Shown: in pieces, positions 48,536 through 62,384 of the stretch
Position numbering within the stretch: position 1 is the first letter of the stretch
Layout of the letters: each line of letters begins with the position of its first letter
Assembly: GCF_000143415.4 (NCBI RefSeq)
Contig: NW_003314264.1
Location: 1,318,733 to 1,382,732 of the forward strand
DNA: 64,000 bases
From: Selaginella moellendorffii
Taxonomy: Eukaryota; Plantae; Lycopodiophyta
Reading direction: 5' to 3'
The notes under the pieces: generated by a model
What the model saw: the letters and a program-made list of their open reading frames with translations, nothing else
What the model was told of the DNA's origin: nothing
Database searches by the model: none
Program-made: the position numbers and the translations under genes

Positions 48536-49437
48536 TTTTCTTGCCCCGTGAAAAGATCTATAAGTACTATATATATAGTCATATGAGTAAAATATATTTT
48601 GTAACAGGATATACATCATTCGATACAATATATTTTATTTATAAAAAAAAAATTGGTGAATACTCTTAGTAGAAAGTTTTTAGGAGTGGAATATTTTGCT
48701 GTGCTCCAAGCTATTTTTATAAGATACTTGGAAAATAATCTAGTCACACTCATGTTTATACATATGAATATATAAAAGGTGTTTAAATCCTGTAAATAAA
48801 TGTTTAAGATTCAAGTCTAGTTGGATTGCAAATATTAGGCAGACTCTAGTAAATAGAGAGAGAAAAACATTCATTTGCCCCAAAAATCTTTATATTTCTT
48901 TAATTCAAGTATTGGTTTAATAGTTAGTGGATATATTGAAAATATACTTGGATATTCTAGGATCTTTTACCATTAGCATCTTGTGTTTAAACATGCTCAT
49001 AATTATAAATTTTCAATGTCCTAATTTAACCAATTGCATATACATAGTTAGTGGCCTAATAATATATGCTCATGTGGAGGATGCAATACCTCATTGAATG
49101 ACCTTTTTTCACACAACACTGGTTTATGAATACCTCCTTTTCATCTTGGGTTTTGGACACATAAAATCACTAGGTGACAAAGGTTGAAGCATTGGTGGCT
49201 TCAAGGATCAAGTCACAGCAATGGACTTCTTAGAGGTGGCAGACAAATTTTCTAGGGAGACAAGGTGGTGATGGATTTCCAAGGATATGGGTGGGGCATA
49301 GGAAAAATGCCAACATTGAGATTCTATATTAGCAATAGAGTGTGTGGTATGTTTAATAAGCTGCTAGAGAGACATATGAGAAAAGTTAGAAGGAAAAGGA
49401 AGGAGGCCTCTCTCTAGTTTGCAGATGTGGAAACGGT

Positions 49438-51291
49438 AGAAATATATTTAATAAAACTAACTCTAGTATATATCCAACTTCAAGAAGATTTGTTAAATAT
49501 GCAAGAGGTTGTGTATTACTCCTATCTATCATACATCCAAGGATTGAAGAAGCATTAAAGGCTTGATCAACATTTGATATAGTTACATAAATAACATTGC
49601 TAAATTGTAGCACATCTAAATTTAGAGCTAAACTCCAAGTCTGTTATACTATTAAATGGGGTCTGATGCATAGTTAATATCCCTTATGAGCACCAGTTCC
49701 CTATATCCAGCTCATGTATATAAAATGGTGTCAGATGGTATTTAGTATAATTTCAGCATACTGGTGGCATAATATGAAGAGGAAGGTACCCCAACTAAAG
49801 CAGCATAGACCTTGGGCTTAAACCTAAGTTGGACATAAAACAAGGAGTAACATAATTTTGTAAAAACAAAATTAATATTTCAAGTGGTCAACTATGCAAT
49901 CTAACCAATCCTACACAAGTTGTTTTAGATTTACTAGAAAAGTCTTTATGTATACAATTAGAGTCAAAAACTCCAACAAAAAATGAATAAAAATCACTGA
50001 AACAATTCTTTTGATACCAAGTGTAGCACATTTAAATTTGGAGCCAAACTCTAAACCCATTACACTATGAAATGAGGGTTTGGGTATGCATTTAATATCC
50101 CTTATAAATATTAACTCTTTGTATCTAGGTTCTACATGCAAAATGGTGTCAGACGGTGTTTGGCACAATTTTGCAATACCAATAATCTAACACAAGGAGG
50201 AAAATACCCTATTGAGCGACATAACCTAACAAAAAATTAATGTCTCAAGTGGTTAGCCATGCAATCCAATCATTATCCCTATTATACATTTGGAACCTCC
50301 CAAATGTATTAATTAGTAACACACTTATGACCAATTATCTTATATGTTTTCAAACTAATATGCATAACTGTTAGAAATATATTTAATAAAATAATGAAAA
50401 ACTTACTCTAGTATATATCCAACTTTAAGGAGATTTGTTAAATAGTATATTGTTTCTATCTATTACACATCCAAGGATTGGAGAAACATTAAAGGCTTGA
50501 TCAACATATGATATAGCTATATAAATAACATTGCCAAATTGTAGTGCACCTAAATTTAGAGTTAAACTCCAAGTTTTTTGCATTATTAAATAAGGGTCTA
50601 GTACATACTCAATATCCTTTATAAGCACTAACTCCCTATATTCAACTCTTACATATAAAATAATGTTATATAATGTCTAGCATAATTTCAGCATACTAAT
50701 GGTATAATATGAGGAGGAGGTACCCTATTGACTAGAGTAGCATAGACCTTGGGTTTAGACCCAAATCAAATGCAAAACAAAAAGCAATATAGCCTAGCAG
50801 AAGCCAAATTAATGTCTCAAGTGGTCGGCTATGCAATATAACTAATCCCACATGAGTTGCTTTGGATCTACTAGAAAAGTTTCTATGTATGCAACTATAG
50901 TTAAAAACTCCAACAAAAAATGAATAGGAATCATTGAGACAATTCCTTTGATACCAAATGTAACACACTTAAATTTAAAGCCAAATTTTAAGCCCATTGC
51001 ACTATGAAATAAAGATTCAAGTATGCACTTAATATCCTTTATGAACACTAGCTCCCCATATCTAGCTCTTATATACAAAATAGTGTCAGATAGTAATTAA
51101 CACAATTTCGGCATACATATGGCTTAAAGCGAGAAGGAAAATACCCCACCGACTAAACAACATAGAGCTTGGGCTTAAACCCAAGCTAGACATAGAACAA
51201 AAAGTGATATAACCTAGTAGAAAATTAATATCTCGAGTGGTTAGCTATACAACCTAACCACTATTTCTACTATACATTAAAACCCCTTGCG
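49438..51291 (-). mobile_element. Tandem duplication (~935-bp period) of a degenerate TRIM-like element with its flank
   Basis: Short LTR ends TGTAGCAC-like at 49606, 50022, 50540 and 50959. PBS complements TTTGATACCA at ~50010 and ~50947. Internal region ~100 bp. Confidence 0.7.
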
Positions 51292-52944
51292 ATATTTGAG
51301 GAATTAGTTTTAATATCAAGTGGGTTCTCAACACTAACAAGTGCAAGTTAACAATATAAAATTCTCATCACTATGCTAAGTATACTTGATTTAATGACAA
51401 CTTATCATTCTTTAGTGCCCTTTTGGTTTTAGTTTCTCAATTAGCTTGGGAAGAGATTATAAGAGGAACCAACAATATCAACCTCTTGCTATTATAGCAG
51501 TAAGGAGAGAGTATTTATAAAGATTGGCTAATAAGTATCTTTTGATACTCGAAGTTATATTTGCAACACAAATGAAAATAATAAATCTAAATATAGTGAT
51601 AGATAAATAATATTAAGGCTAGAGTCACTTCTTACATAAAGATTGTGTAAATTTTTGAATTTAGACTTTTTAGGAGGTCATATAACCTAGTACTACTCAA
51701 ATTTAAAGATACTTTATTTTATATATCTAATGATCTTTAACCAATTAAAAAATTTATAGCTTTAGTAGACAACCTCTCTTTAGTTGCTTACAACTTAGAT
51801 CTTGTAAAATGCAATAAATATTTTCTATTGTTTTGTGTTTCTGCAGTTTCTTATTTCCTCAATATAGTGGTAGTGGTGTTGAAGACATAATAATAATCAC
51901 CACAATAAGAGATAGATTGTTATTTCTAGAATTATAAGTTTATTTTCGTGATTCTTTAATTTTCACCAAAGGAATATATAGAGAATGTCATAAACTATAT
52001 AATGGTAAATGTTTTATAGAATTACTAAGAAAAATATTTTTGATTATAAACATCACAATCAAAGAGATAAATGACAAGTTTTTAAAAGGCCTCATATCTA
52101 GATGTTCAGCTTTTATAATCTCCACTTGCAAACACATTGATTGATCATTTAGTAAAGCTAAACCCCTTTATAATTATGAACTAAAAAGGCAAATTCCTCA
52201 TTAATAAATGGCAGCCTCTTGGAAAAAAAACCCAAAACTCTGAATAAGCAATCCAAATTACTAACTTAAACAATCTGTTCCAAAAAAAACCTATACTCAT
52301 AAATTTACTTGAGAACAAGATAAACACTTTAACTCATAAGTTTGCCCTAGTCTAACCTCATAAAATCAAATTATATTGAGATGATGATATTATTAATAAA
52401 ATACAAAAATAAAGAAGAAAAAGTTTGAACACTCTTAAGTATAAAGTCATCAAACTATTTTAGAGTCTTTATAAGTCTTGAATTTAAATCCTATGAGAGA
52501 AATACATAACATCATCCTCTTATGTGGTGTAGGATTAAACTTAAATGAATATCCTTGATGGAAATTTGCAACTCAAAAGGTGAGAAGCACACTTTCAAGT
52601 ACAATCACTAAGAAAATACCTAAGCTAGTCAATTAAACACTAAAGTTTATGATATAAATGAAAGATTGTAAATGAGACTAAAAGGTGTGGTGATTTCCCT
52701 CCACCATATTGATGGGACTAAAAGGTGGTGATTTTCCTTCCACAAAATTGATTAAAAAAATTATAAAATTGATGTAGTGGCAAGATGTCAACTCTTCTTT
52801 TGTCGAAAAAATCCTTGACAAATAAGACAAAATAATGAATATCACATGCTTGCATGATATATAATAAGATAATTGTTTTGATGCTATTTTCTATGTCTAA
52901 TAGTTGATCATCATGAAATTTTTACAGGCTGCAATGCACCAGAA

Positions 52945-53050
52945 ACCAACTATAACACTTGTCAATCCCAGAAGATCCACTAGCGTGATATTCAAAACAT
53001 TCAGCAAAAAGATTTTCAGTCTCATTTACTTGTTGGAAACTTCTTTCTTG
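52945..53050 (-). pseudogene. Isolated ~105-bp copy of a DRP3 exon segment
   Basis: Ungapped similarity to 38225-38330 (e.g. AGATCCAC.AGCGTGATATTCAAAACATT). Confidence 0.85.
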
Positions 53051-53161
53051 AAAAGCATTCTTTCACGTGCACACCACCTTGTTGCCGCAACTTAGAATAG
53101 ATAACAGTCTTCCCAGAGGGGAAAAGAAAAATGGAGTTTATGTTTAACTTTTAATCATTAC

Positions 53162-55410
53162 TCAAATGGCATCTTTATGAACAAACATCCAGCCATGAAT
53201 CAACAAAGCCATTATTATGCCGGGATCCACTTTCATCTTCTTTTCACCTCTTCTAATAGAAACTTGACTGCTGTATGCTTCCTCCCTCAAATAGAGGTTA
53301 CACCAGAATGACAAAGTCTGTAGAAACCCAGAGTTTAATACACCCATTACGAGATAACTCTCGTTAGCACCAGCTACTTGAATGTACTCTTGTGTTGGGA
53401 AAACTTGTTCAGATCCAAGTAAAAAGCACTACCCTACAATAAAAGGAAAACTTCAAATTACATTACCTGGTAAAGTGTCTTACTTGTCTTAACTTGCACA
53501 AGAACGGGAATAAGGGTCATCGGGTGTTGCTGCTGCGAAGCAGTGTCAGTCTCTGAGACTTAACCACAATCTCCCTAGGAACTCTCACCTGACATATCTA
53601 AGAAAAACAGGCGTCTGACCCAAATCCGGTGTTGACAGCATGCACATTCGAGCCTTGTGTCTCATCTGCGCCATCTGTTCACTGTGGATCCTTGGTTTCA
53701 CAATCTTGGCTGGAATCTCTAACTCATGTGAAGTGACCGTGTACACATCATCTTGAAGAAACCTAGAGATCAAATTTGCAGGTTGCATCCCATCCATTGC
53801 TTTTGCAATCATCTCCACTGCAATCATTTCGTATCCGTCCCCAATTCCGCTGCTTCTTGACTGGGCGTTATAACCGTAAGCAGTCCTGATGGTTCGCCAA
53901 CTTCTAAATAGTGCCACAAAAAATGGAGAACAAGAGGCTCCTCAATACGCAGTAGCACTTTTGCTGTGTCTGACCCTTCCGTCAAAGAATCCAAATCTTG
54001 CACTTCAAGCGTCCCATAGGCATGCAACCTTGCAAGTCCGTATTGAATCAAACCCTCTTGACATGCTTCCTAAAAAAGTCCTACACACTTTTGTAGGAAA
54101 TGGCGAACTCCGTCCCAAAGTGTTAACTGCCATTGGCCTGTACTCTCGTATTCAACAAAGTAAGCAGTTGCTTTGCTGCGGTAACTTTTCAGAAATAAAC
54201 GATTTTAATTGCAGTGTTTATGCGACGCTCAAACAGAGTGTGCGAAACCCAGCCATCAAACAACGCTAAAAACCCATCCAAAAGAGATCTTGTTATTGAC
54301 AGGTGAATCAAACCTATTAACCAAGTTGTCCTGCACCACCTGGCATTCGTCGTCCGTCTTAATCAAACGATCAAATACCTCCTCGATCCCACAGTCACTG
54401 GATATTAACTCAAGTAGTTTAACATTTAGAACGCCATCTCTCCCCACACGGTCAGCTCGGGGATACAATAGCTCACTTAGTTCTGCCAGGAAGTGAAATC
54501 CAACCTACTTAAACAACCAGTATTTGGCCCAAACCTGAAGTGGCATGCTTCTTGTTAGGGACAAATGCATATCACCCCCCTCTTTTACGTAACTACCCTT
54601 TTGCCACGCCCACTCCTCACTGAATTGTGCTTTCTACCCTCCTGTGCTACCTCCTTCAACTTGTCTAGGATGAAGAATCTGCTGAGGAGAACAGCTTTGA
54701 AGCAGCACCATGTCACGTGCATCGGAATTGACTGGTTTCCTGGATACAGAACCATTAGCGGCATCTAAGCCTGCGGAGCCCTCCATTCCAATCCGTCCCA
54801 TAGGAACAAGATACAGAGCCGAACGGTCCACTGCAATCTGAGTCTTTCCAGGGCCAGAAACATCGAAAAGTACCACCAGGCCAGGGTGTGTTATGTCCAC
54901 TTGATCCAGAATGTATGTGGAGGCAGGCAATGCCAGAGAAGGCAAGGTTTAGGACTGTCAGGAGCTTGGAAAACCGTCCCTTTTGCAAACGTCTGGATAG
55001 CTGGCTTTAAAATCACTCGGCTTAGCAAGTACTTGATCTGCTCTATGTATTTGGTTCCATACTTGTCCAAGAGAGCTTGCACATCTCGATGGACGGCATT
55101 GTAGCGATCCAGCAGCAGCGTCAACAAGATCAAACAATTAAGCTTTGAACGAGCACATAGAAGGCAAGGAGACCAATGAACACACAAGTAACCAGATCCA
55201 CAAGGAAGCACACGTAAGTAAAGGGCAAGGGCAGTAGGCGTTGCAAAAACAAAATTTGTCAGAACAAGCCAAGACCAAACCTTTGAGTAGGATAAGCTTT
55301 TCTTCCCTCAGCCGGCCCTCCTTCTTCCTCAGCTGGTCCTCTTTTTTCTGCCAATACTGCTGCTCCTCAACCTCACATATTTGCCTCTATTTGCCTTTCG
55401 ATCGAATATT
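53162..55410 (-). pseudogene. Decayed paralog of the CR-type NTPase-nuclease gene
   Basis: Collinear DNA similarity to 30613-33450 including introns. Many deletions, frameshifts and small insertions. Peptides GYEMIAVEMIAKAMDGMQPANLISRFLQD and DECQVVQD. Confidence 0.92.
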
Positions 55411-55748
55411 TCAGAATCAGAGTTTAAAGTAACCCTTTTTATTATTAAAATTAATAAGAATATAAGTAGCAATACCATTTGGAACGTGTTTTAATGTAAG
55501 CCACTTCAAATATTGATTGTAAGCATATAATATTCTAGAAACGTAATAGTCACCCCTAAAAATCTCTTTTCTTTAGTAAAACACGAACGCAACATTAGAA
55601 AGTTTTAGTTAATAACAACTCAAACTGAGCTTTACTTGAGCTTAAGAAATAAAAAGTAAACTCAAAACTAATCTAAACTTAATGTTATTGAGTAAGCAAA
55701 CCGAAATGAAACATAGCACAGAATATACTTTTATGCCGTTTACTAACT

Positions 55749-56845
55749 CTAGCGCCGGCACACCATTCCCCTGCTTCCGTCCCCGCTGTGACACTCCATT
55801 GACGGCAAAGCCATCCCTGCCTTGCTCTTCATCTCAATCACATCCTCGCCGGCACCGAGCTGTGCTGCGGATTCCTGGAACCGCGACACCTCGCAATCGG
55901 AGTTGAAGAGCGATGACACCGCGAATCGCTTCTCCCCGCCCATGACGGGCATGGCGACGCCGATCTTCACCCGGCTCCGGAACCCCGCCGCGTACGTCTG
56001 GCCGAGCACCCCGTGCACGTCGCGCGACAGATCCCCAAACTTGAAATTCACCTCGAGGTGCGCGAAGCAATCGTCGGCCGTGATGTCGTAGCGGTGGACG
56101 CGCGATTCCTCCGCGGTGATGGGCACCACCCTCACCACCGCGCGGAAGCTCCCGGGCCTCTCCACCGCGATGGCATTGGCGAGCGCAATGCGCGAGATCT
56201 TGAGGTCCCCAGCAGAGGGGAACTCCACCGCCGAGCCCTGCCCCGCCGGGACGAGGACGGGGCTCTCGTCCAGCGCTATGGAGATGTGATCCACGGAATC
56301 GTCCCAGATCGAGGCCCTCTTGGCGCCCACGTAGAGCTTGTGGCTGCCAAACATGATCCCGAGCGCCTGGACCCAGGTGAAATCGCGCGTGGATCCGGCC
56401 CTGTTCTTGCCGATGAAGTGCGCATTGATGTGGAGATCTCTGTCCGAGACCAGGCAGAAATCCTTGTCCTTCTTGCCGTGGAAGTAGAACATTATCCCGT
56501 CGCCGCCGATGAATCGTGGGTCCTGGCACACCGCTCCCGGCTTGTCACACGCTGGATCATCTCAATCGAATCGAATGGGCCACACAGACGAGAGAAACGA
56601 GATCAGATTCGCGACAGCAGCAGAGAGAGGGACTCGTGAGGGTTAGAAGACCCACCGCAAATCGGCTTGCAAAACTTGCAATCGACCTGGCACGCCTTGG
56701 GGCATCCCGCGGGGCATTTGTGGACGACGCCATAGCAGGCCTTGAAGAAGGGATCCGAGCAGCTCGCGGACCAGGCGCGAGCGCCATGGATCGAGCAAAA
56801 CAACAGCGCGATCGCCACACCCAGCACCACTGCCGCTCTCGCCAT
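55749..56845 (-). CDS. Root-cap / LEA-related secreted protein (2 exons)
   Basis: Signal peptide, Cys-rich CPAGCPKACQVDC, CQDPRFIGGDGIMFYFHGKKDKDFCLVSD, VHGVLGQTY, C-terminal GMVCRR. Confidence 0.95.
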
Positions 56846-57389
56846 TTCTCTCGCAAATCCAAAGCCAACTGCCCCAAATTTACGCGCGAAACAGAGCCCT
56901 AGCCCTAATTCTAAGCTATCTCCGTTAGTGGGCTCTGTGCTGCCTACCTGACAAAAGGAGTGTATATTATGAATGTGAGGGGTCGGTGGAGCGTCATATG
57001 AGCTTCTTTACAGAGGCCACTGTCAGTGCCAGGACATGGTTGGAAAGAGTAGAAATATTTTGTATTAATTTTTCTATCGTATTGCATGTACACAACACGA
57101 CCAGATTGTACGCTTTTGTATCCACGCTAATGTTGTATTCGATATGTTCTTTTGCCTGGGTAGATACGCTCCTGGGCTACGGATTCCGTATTTCGCGGTG
57201 TCCTTGCGCGGTCGTCGCAGATCAACGCTAAAGAGCAGAGCTGGGGTTCGATTCTCGATATGGTGGTCAAGGTTAGTAAACGGGTATTGGTCAAATTTGG
57301 TCAAAGGAAACGTGGCCGTCCATTTGGAGGAGGATTTGGTCTTCTTTTCGGACAGGAGTCCAAGCTTTCTAGGCATTTTTCCAGCAGCA

Positions 57390-58704
57390 ATGAGGAGCAA
57401 ATTCTTTGCCGGTGTCGCGAGGAGGGCATTTGGATCGGCTAGATCGACGCGGCCTCTTCCTCTCAAAGGTACAATCGATCTAGATCTGGAATGGAGGTTT
57501 TTAGATCTGATAGATCTGGGAGGGGTAATGCTTTCGTGCTGCGAGTGGAATGCGGGATCTGGAGAGCTGTGCCTGAGCTTTTTGGCCAGATTTCTGGCTA
57601 GGTTAGCTCGATTTGCTTCACAGTAGCGTCTCACACGGAATTATTGTTTATCTTCGTGTAAAGAACTTACGATCGTTTTTTTACTTGCCTTTAAAGATGG
57701 GAGAGCTTTTGGAAGTGCCGCGATTTGCAAAGGAGTTCCTCAGTCCGTGCTAAGTTTTGCTGCTCGTGCTACTCACGAGAGCACGGCAAGCGCGAAATGG
57801 ATTTTAGCTGCGGCTGCTCTTCCAGCTGCTGGTAAGATCTAGAGGAACTTTATCCTGGCAAGAATTGTTTTCTTTGAGACAATCTATAGTTCTCACTTCT
57901 TCCTTTTTGTAAGCAGTGCTGGGATCCGCGGTTTCAACTGTGCACGCCGCAGAGGTATTTGTGTTTTTTTCACTAGTTCGGGAAAGGAGCTTACAATGTT
58001 TGCTTTCGATTTTTTCTTTGTTTTTCATTGACAGATTGAGCGAACTTTTATTGCTATCAAGCCGGACGGAGTACAAAGGGGTCTGGTAATTTATTTTTTT
58101 TCTTTGAAGAACTTTGAAAAAGCTGCTTTTCAGTTTGATCAACTTTATCGTCGTTTTTCACTTCTTTTTTCTTTTGTTTTCACCAGATTTCCGAGATAAT
58201 TTCTCGTTTCGAGAGGAAGGGCTACAAGCTGGTGGCAATCAAAATCCTGACTCCTACCAAGGAGTTCGCTATGCTCCACTACGACGATCTTAAGGAGCGT
58301 CCATTTTTCAATGGACTCTGCGATTTCCTGAGCTCGGGTCCAGTAGTTGCCATGGTGAGCTTTTCGGCTTTTATTTTTATTGACCGCAACTATTCTTCCA
58401 GGTATGGGAAGGTCAAGGAGTGGTAAAATACGGAAGGAAACTCATTGGAGCTACAAGTCCACACAACTCGGAGCCTGGAACAATTCGCGGTGATCTGGCG
58501 ATCTCTGTTGGAAGGTAGTGAGCTCTTTTATTAATTTTTTTCTCTTCTAGAGTTGACTTCTTCACTCAAACTATTACCATCAGGAACATCATTCACGGAA
58601 GCGACGGGCCGGAAACCGCAAAGAACGAGATAAACTTGTGGTTTAAACCGGAGGAACTGGTCGACTACGGCCTTGATTCCGAGAAGTGGCTGTACGAGCC
58701 ATAA
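57390..58704 (+). CDS. NDPK3: Nucleoside diphosphate kinase III (organellar), multi-exon
   Basis: Transit-peptide exons, [58 protein letters not shown]. Confidence 0.93.
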
Positions 58705-59396
58705 AACGCCGCGAAGAAACTTGGGATCGAGAGACGAGAAAACTGGAGACGCCGTCCCAGAGAAAGCGAAAGAAGGAGAAGAAGAAGAGAACCAAGAAGT
58801 TCTAGCTGGAATCTCCAAGCAGAGACATTTTTGATAAAACCAACACAAAATAATTCACAAAGGAAAGCTCTGCCGGCTTTCATGATCCATGCTCGTCGTG
58901 CCTTTTTCCACAGATGCAGCTGAAAAGTTCAGTCTTTCTCCAGAAACGCAAGCGAGCAAATCAAATCAAGTGCGAGACGTATTTCATGTGTAGTGCTCCT
59001 GGAGTGAAGGCTTTTGACCCGTCATTCTTTCCCTCCCACCTCGTGCTCTTTAGAGTTTTGTCAAGCTTGGATGTCGCTCTCTCTCTTTCGTTTTCTCGAT
59101 CGAGGACCCGGGCCCGAGAAGTTTGCTGTGGTTTTGCTGCGTTTAGAAAACGTGGAATCCTGGTGGCCGTCACTCGCGGGAAAGGAAAAAGGAACGTTTT
59201 TTTTGTTCCCTTTTTTCTGGCTCAGGGGATCAAGAAAAAATGGGTAGTCGGCGACAAGCACTTCCATGTCGTGATTCACTCGAACTAGCAGAAAGTTATT
59301 TGATTCTTGGGCTCTAGAATCATTCCTCCAGCGCTTGCATGCCTCCGGATTCATTGCCTCTATTCTTCCATTCATTCATTCATTTTTTCTGGAGCG

Positions 59397-59486
59397 ATGT
59401 CGACGGATTTGGAGACGGGTGGTCTCGCTGGATCGGATCAAAGCCACCCAAAATCGAGCACAACGCGATGGGTAAAATCGGTGAGT

Positions 59487-59521
<35 letters not shown>

Positions 59522-62007
59522 CTCTTGTTCTATGCATATTCATTCTTTGTACCTACTTGAATTTTGGCAGTGGAAAACGATTACGCTGGCGTACCAGACG
59601 CTGGGAGTTGTGTATGGCGATCTGGGAACTTCGCCTCTATACGTCTACCCCACCATGAATTTCAAGTCGCCGCAGGGCGAGGATTTTCTGGGAACTTTCA
59701 GCATCATCTTCTGGACGCTCACGCTCATCGGCCTCGCAAAGTACGTCTTCATTGTTCTCCATGCGGACGATCACGGCGAAGGTTTTTTTTTTCGCAACTT
59801 TCTTTCCTTGTTCTTGGAAAGCTCTTTAAAGTTTGATCGTTTCTCTTGGAACCGTATAGGGGGAACGTTTGCGCTCTACTCGCTCCTTTGCCAGCATTTG
59901 AAGACGACGATCAAGGGCCACAAGTATGGACGAATGCTGTCGGATTCCAAGCTCTCGCACTTTAGCAAGACCAACGAGGCCGAGAGCCCGACCGCCTTTG
60001 CACGCTTCATTGAGAGGCGAAAGTCCGCTCAGAGGCTCTTGCTCTTCGTTGCCATGCTCGGGACTTGCATGCTCATTGGCGATGGAATTCTTACTCCTGC
60101 CGTCTCGGGTATGGTTCTTATGTTTAGCTTTTTCAAACTCTCAAGTTTATGTTCTACAGTGTTGTCAGCCATGGCTGGAATCGCTACAGCCACACCGAAA
60201 ATAAACCAATGTGAGTCCAGTCGTTGCTTTGTCTTTGCATTGCTTGTTTTGGATTCTGCTCTCTCGCTTTCTGATTTGATACCTTTTTTTTTTGTCTACA
60301 GCTACTGTGGTTTGGCTCTCAGCTGCTGTTCTCGTCGCCTTGTTCTTGTTCCAGAGATTTGGAACAAAGTGCGTCAGTTTTGTCTTCTCTCCTATCATGG
60401 CCATTTGGCTCGTCACCACCCCTTTGATCGGGCTCTACAACATTGCCATCCATTACCCCCAGATCTACAAAGCTCTCTCCCCTCACTACATCGTCACCTT
60501 CTTTCAGAGAAATGGGAAGGATGGCTGGCTCGCTCTTGGTGGAACCGTGCTTTGTATAACAGGTTCGTCTTTCAGTATCTTCTTCCAACGCTCCAAGTTT
60601 TCTTCGTCTTGTAGGCGCCGAGGCAATGTTTGCAGACCTTGGACACTTCACAAAGTCCTCCATCCAAGTAAGCTTTGCGAAAGTTTTATATCATCGTATC
60701 GATGATAACGATTGATTTTGTCTCCCAAGGTTGCTTTCGCGTTTATGATCTATCCCTCGGTGCTGCTAACTTACGCCGGACAATCGGCATACCTGGTGAG
60801 ACATCCAGGCGACCACCGAGAGGCATTCTACAAGTTTCTTCCTCGTTCCATATACTGGCCGATGTTCGTGGTGTCGACGCTGGCGGCTATAGTCGCCAGC
60901 CAGGGACTCATCTCGGCAGCGTTCTCCATCATCAAGCAATCCATAGCTCTCGACTATTTCCCTCCGGTGACCATGGTTCACACCTCTCAAGACAAGGAAG
61001 GCCAGGTTTACTCTCCCCAAGTTAACTATTGTCTCATGGTTCTCTGCCTGGCCGTGCTTTTTGGATTCCAAGGTGGTCCAGAGATTGGCAATGCTTTTGG
61101 TACGCAAACCTTCTGGTTTTTCTTTCATCCAACACAAGATTCTCTTCCAGGTGTGGCAGTCATTTGGGTGATGCTAATCACATCCTCACTCATAACGCTG
61201 GTGATGCTTATCATCTGGAGAACTCCAGTGATCCTAGCGCTCGTCTACATCACAGTCTACGGGACCTTGGAAGGAGTGTATCTCTCGTCAGTGCTCACGA
61301 AGCTCCGCGAGGGTGGCTGGTTTCCTTTCGGCATTGCCGTCATCCTGGCCTTGGCGATGTTTAGTTGGCACCACGGCCGCGAGAAAATCTCCGACTACGA
61401 GATGATCAACAAGGTGACCGTGGACAGCGTCGACGAGCTCTTCTCTCGAGCGGCCAAGCAGCGAGTTCCGGGGCTGTGCCTCTTCTACACGGACCTCGTC
61501 CATGGCGTCCCCCCGATCATGAGACACTATGTAAATAACGTTCGCTCGCTCCACCAGGTGATCATCTTCACCACCATCCGCTACGTTCCCGTCAGGACGG
61601 TTCTCCCGGACGAAAGATTCATCCTGGAGCGATGCGGCTACGCGGGGGTGTACCGCTGCGTGGCCCAGTATGGCTACATGGACGTGCTGGAAGGGGAGGA
61701 GTTTGTGAGCGACGTGATCGAGGCTCTGGCGATCTTCGTGGCTTCTCGGGAAGATCACGAAGAACTCGATAGCGATGGCGATGGCGCTGCTCTTGTAAGT
61801 GATCTGTGGCGAGCAAAGGCCGCCGGCGCTGTTCACGTCATGGCAAAGGCTGATTTCCGGATGAGCGAGGAGAGGAGCGGCTGGTTCGAGCGGCTGGTTC
61901 TAGACGGCATCTACAGATTCCTAAGGAATAACTGCCAGATGCCCGTGGCGGCGCTCAAGATCGCCCCCCAGAATGTAATTGAGATTGGAATGATGTACGA
62001 GATTTAA
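59397..62007 (+). CDS. KUP/HAK/KT potassium transporter
   Basis: LAYQTLGVVYGDLGTSPLYV, ADDHGEGGTFALYSL, GDGILTPA, GAEAMFADLGHF, C-terminal EIGMMYEI. Confidence 0.96.
59489..59516 (+). repeat. (AG)14 microsatellite in the first intron of the K+ transporter
   Basis: Read directly from the sequence. Confidence 0.95.
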
Positions 62008-62384
62008 AAATGGAATCTTGGTCGGTTTTACTTGAGTTGACTGGAAGGGACTGTGACCGTGGACTAAAGTTGACTGGGACTGTGACTGGGAGATTCTCTG
62101 ACGTGACTTGTTGGAGGGAGCACTAGAGGGGATGCAAATCTTTTGATGCCGCGTTAGTGGAGTGCTGAATCGATGCCACTAGCGCCATTTATCGTCAAGC
62201 ACATGAATCTTAAGCTCAGCGCTCTCTAGCAAATGATAAGAGGACAGCAACTTTACGATTTCCTTTGGAATTTCTTAGAGTATCGCTAGCAGTGCCACTA
62301 GCACCAATGGAGGATTGCCGGTTCAAGGCCAGGACGGTCGCCATCTGTGCGAATATACGGCGAGAGGGTATAAAAGATGGAACG

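Noticed and set aside
55822-56902. Long overlapping ORFs (231, 208 and 128 aa)
   Set aside because: Alternative-frame and antisense artefacts of the very GC-rich root-cap gene.
57074-57634. 186-aa and 160-aa ORFs
   Set aside because: They overlap the NDPK3 promoter, first exon and intron, with no independent support.
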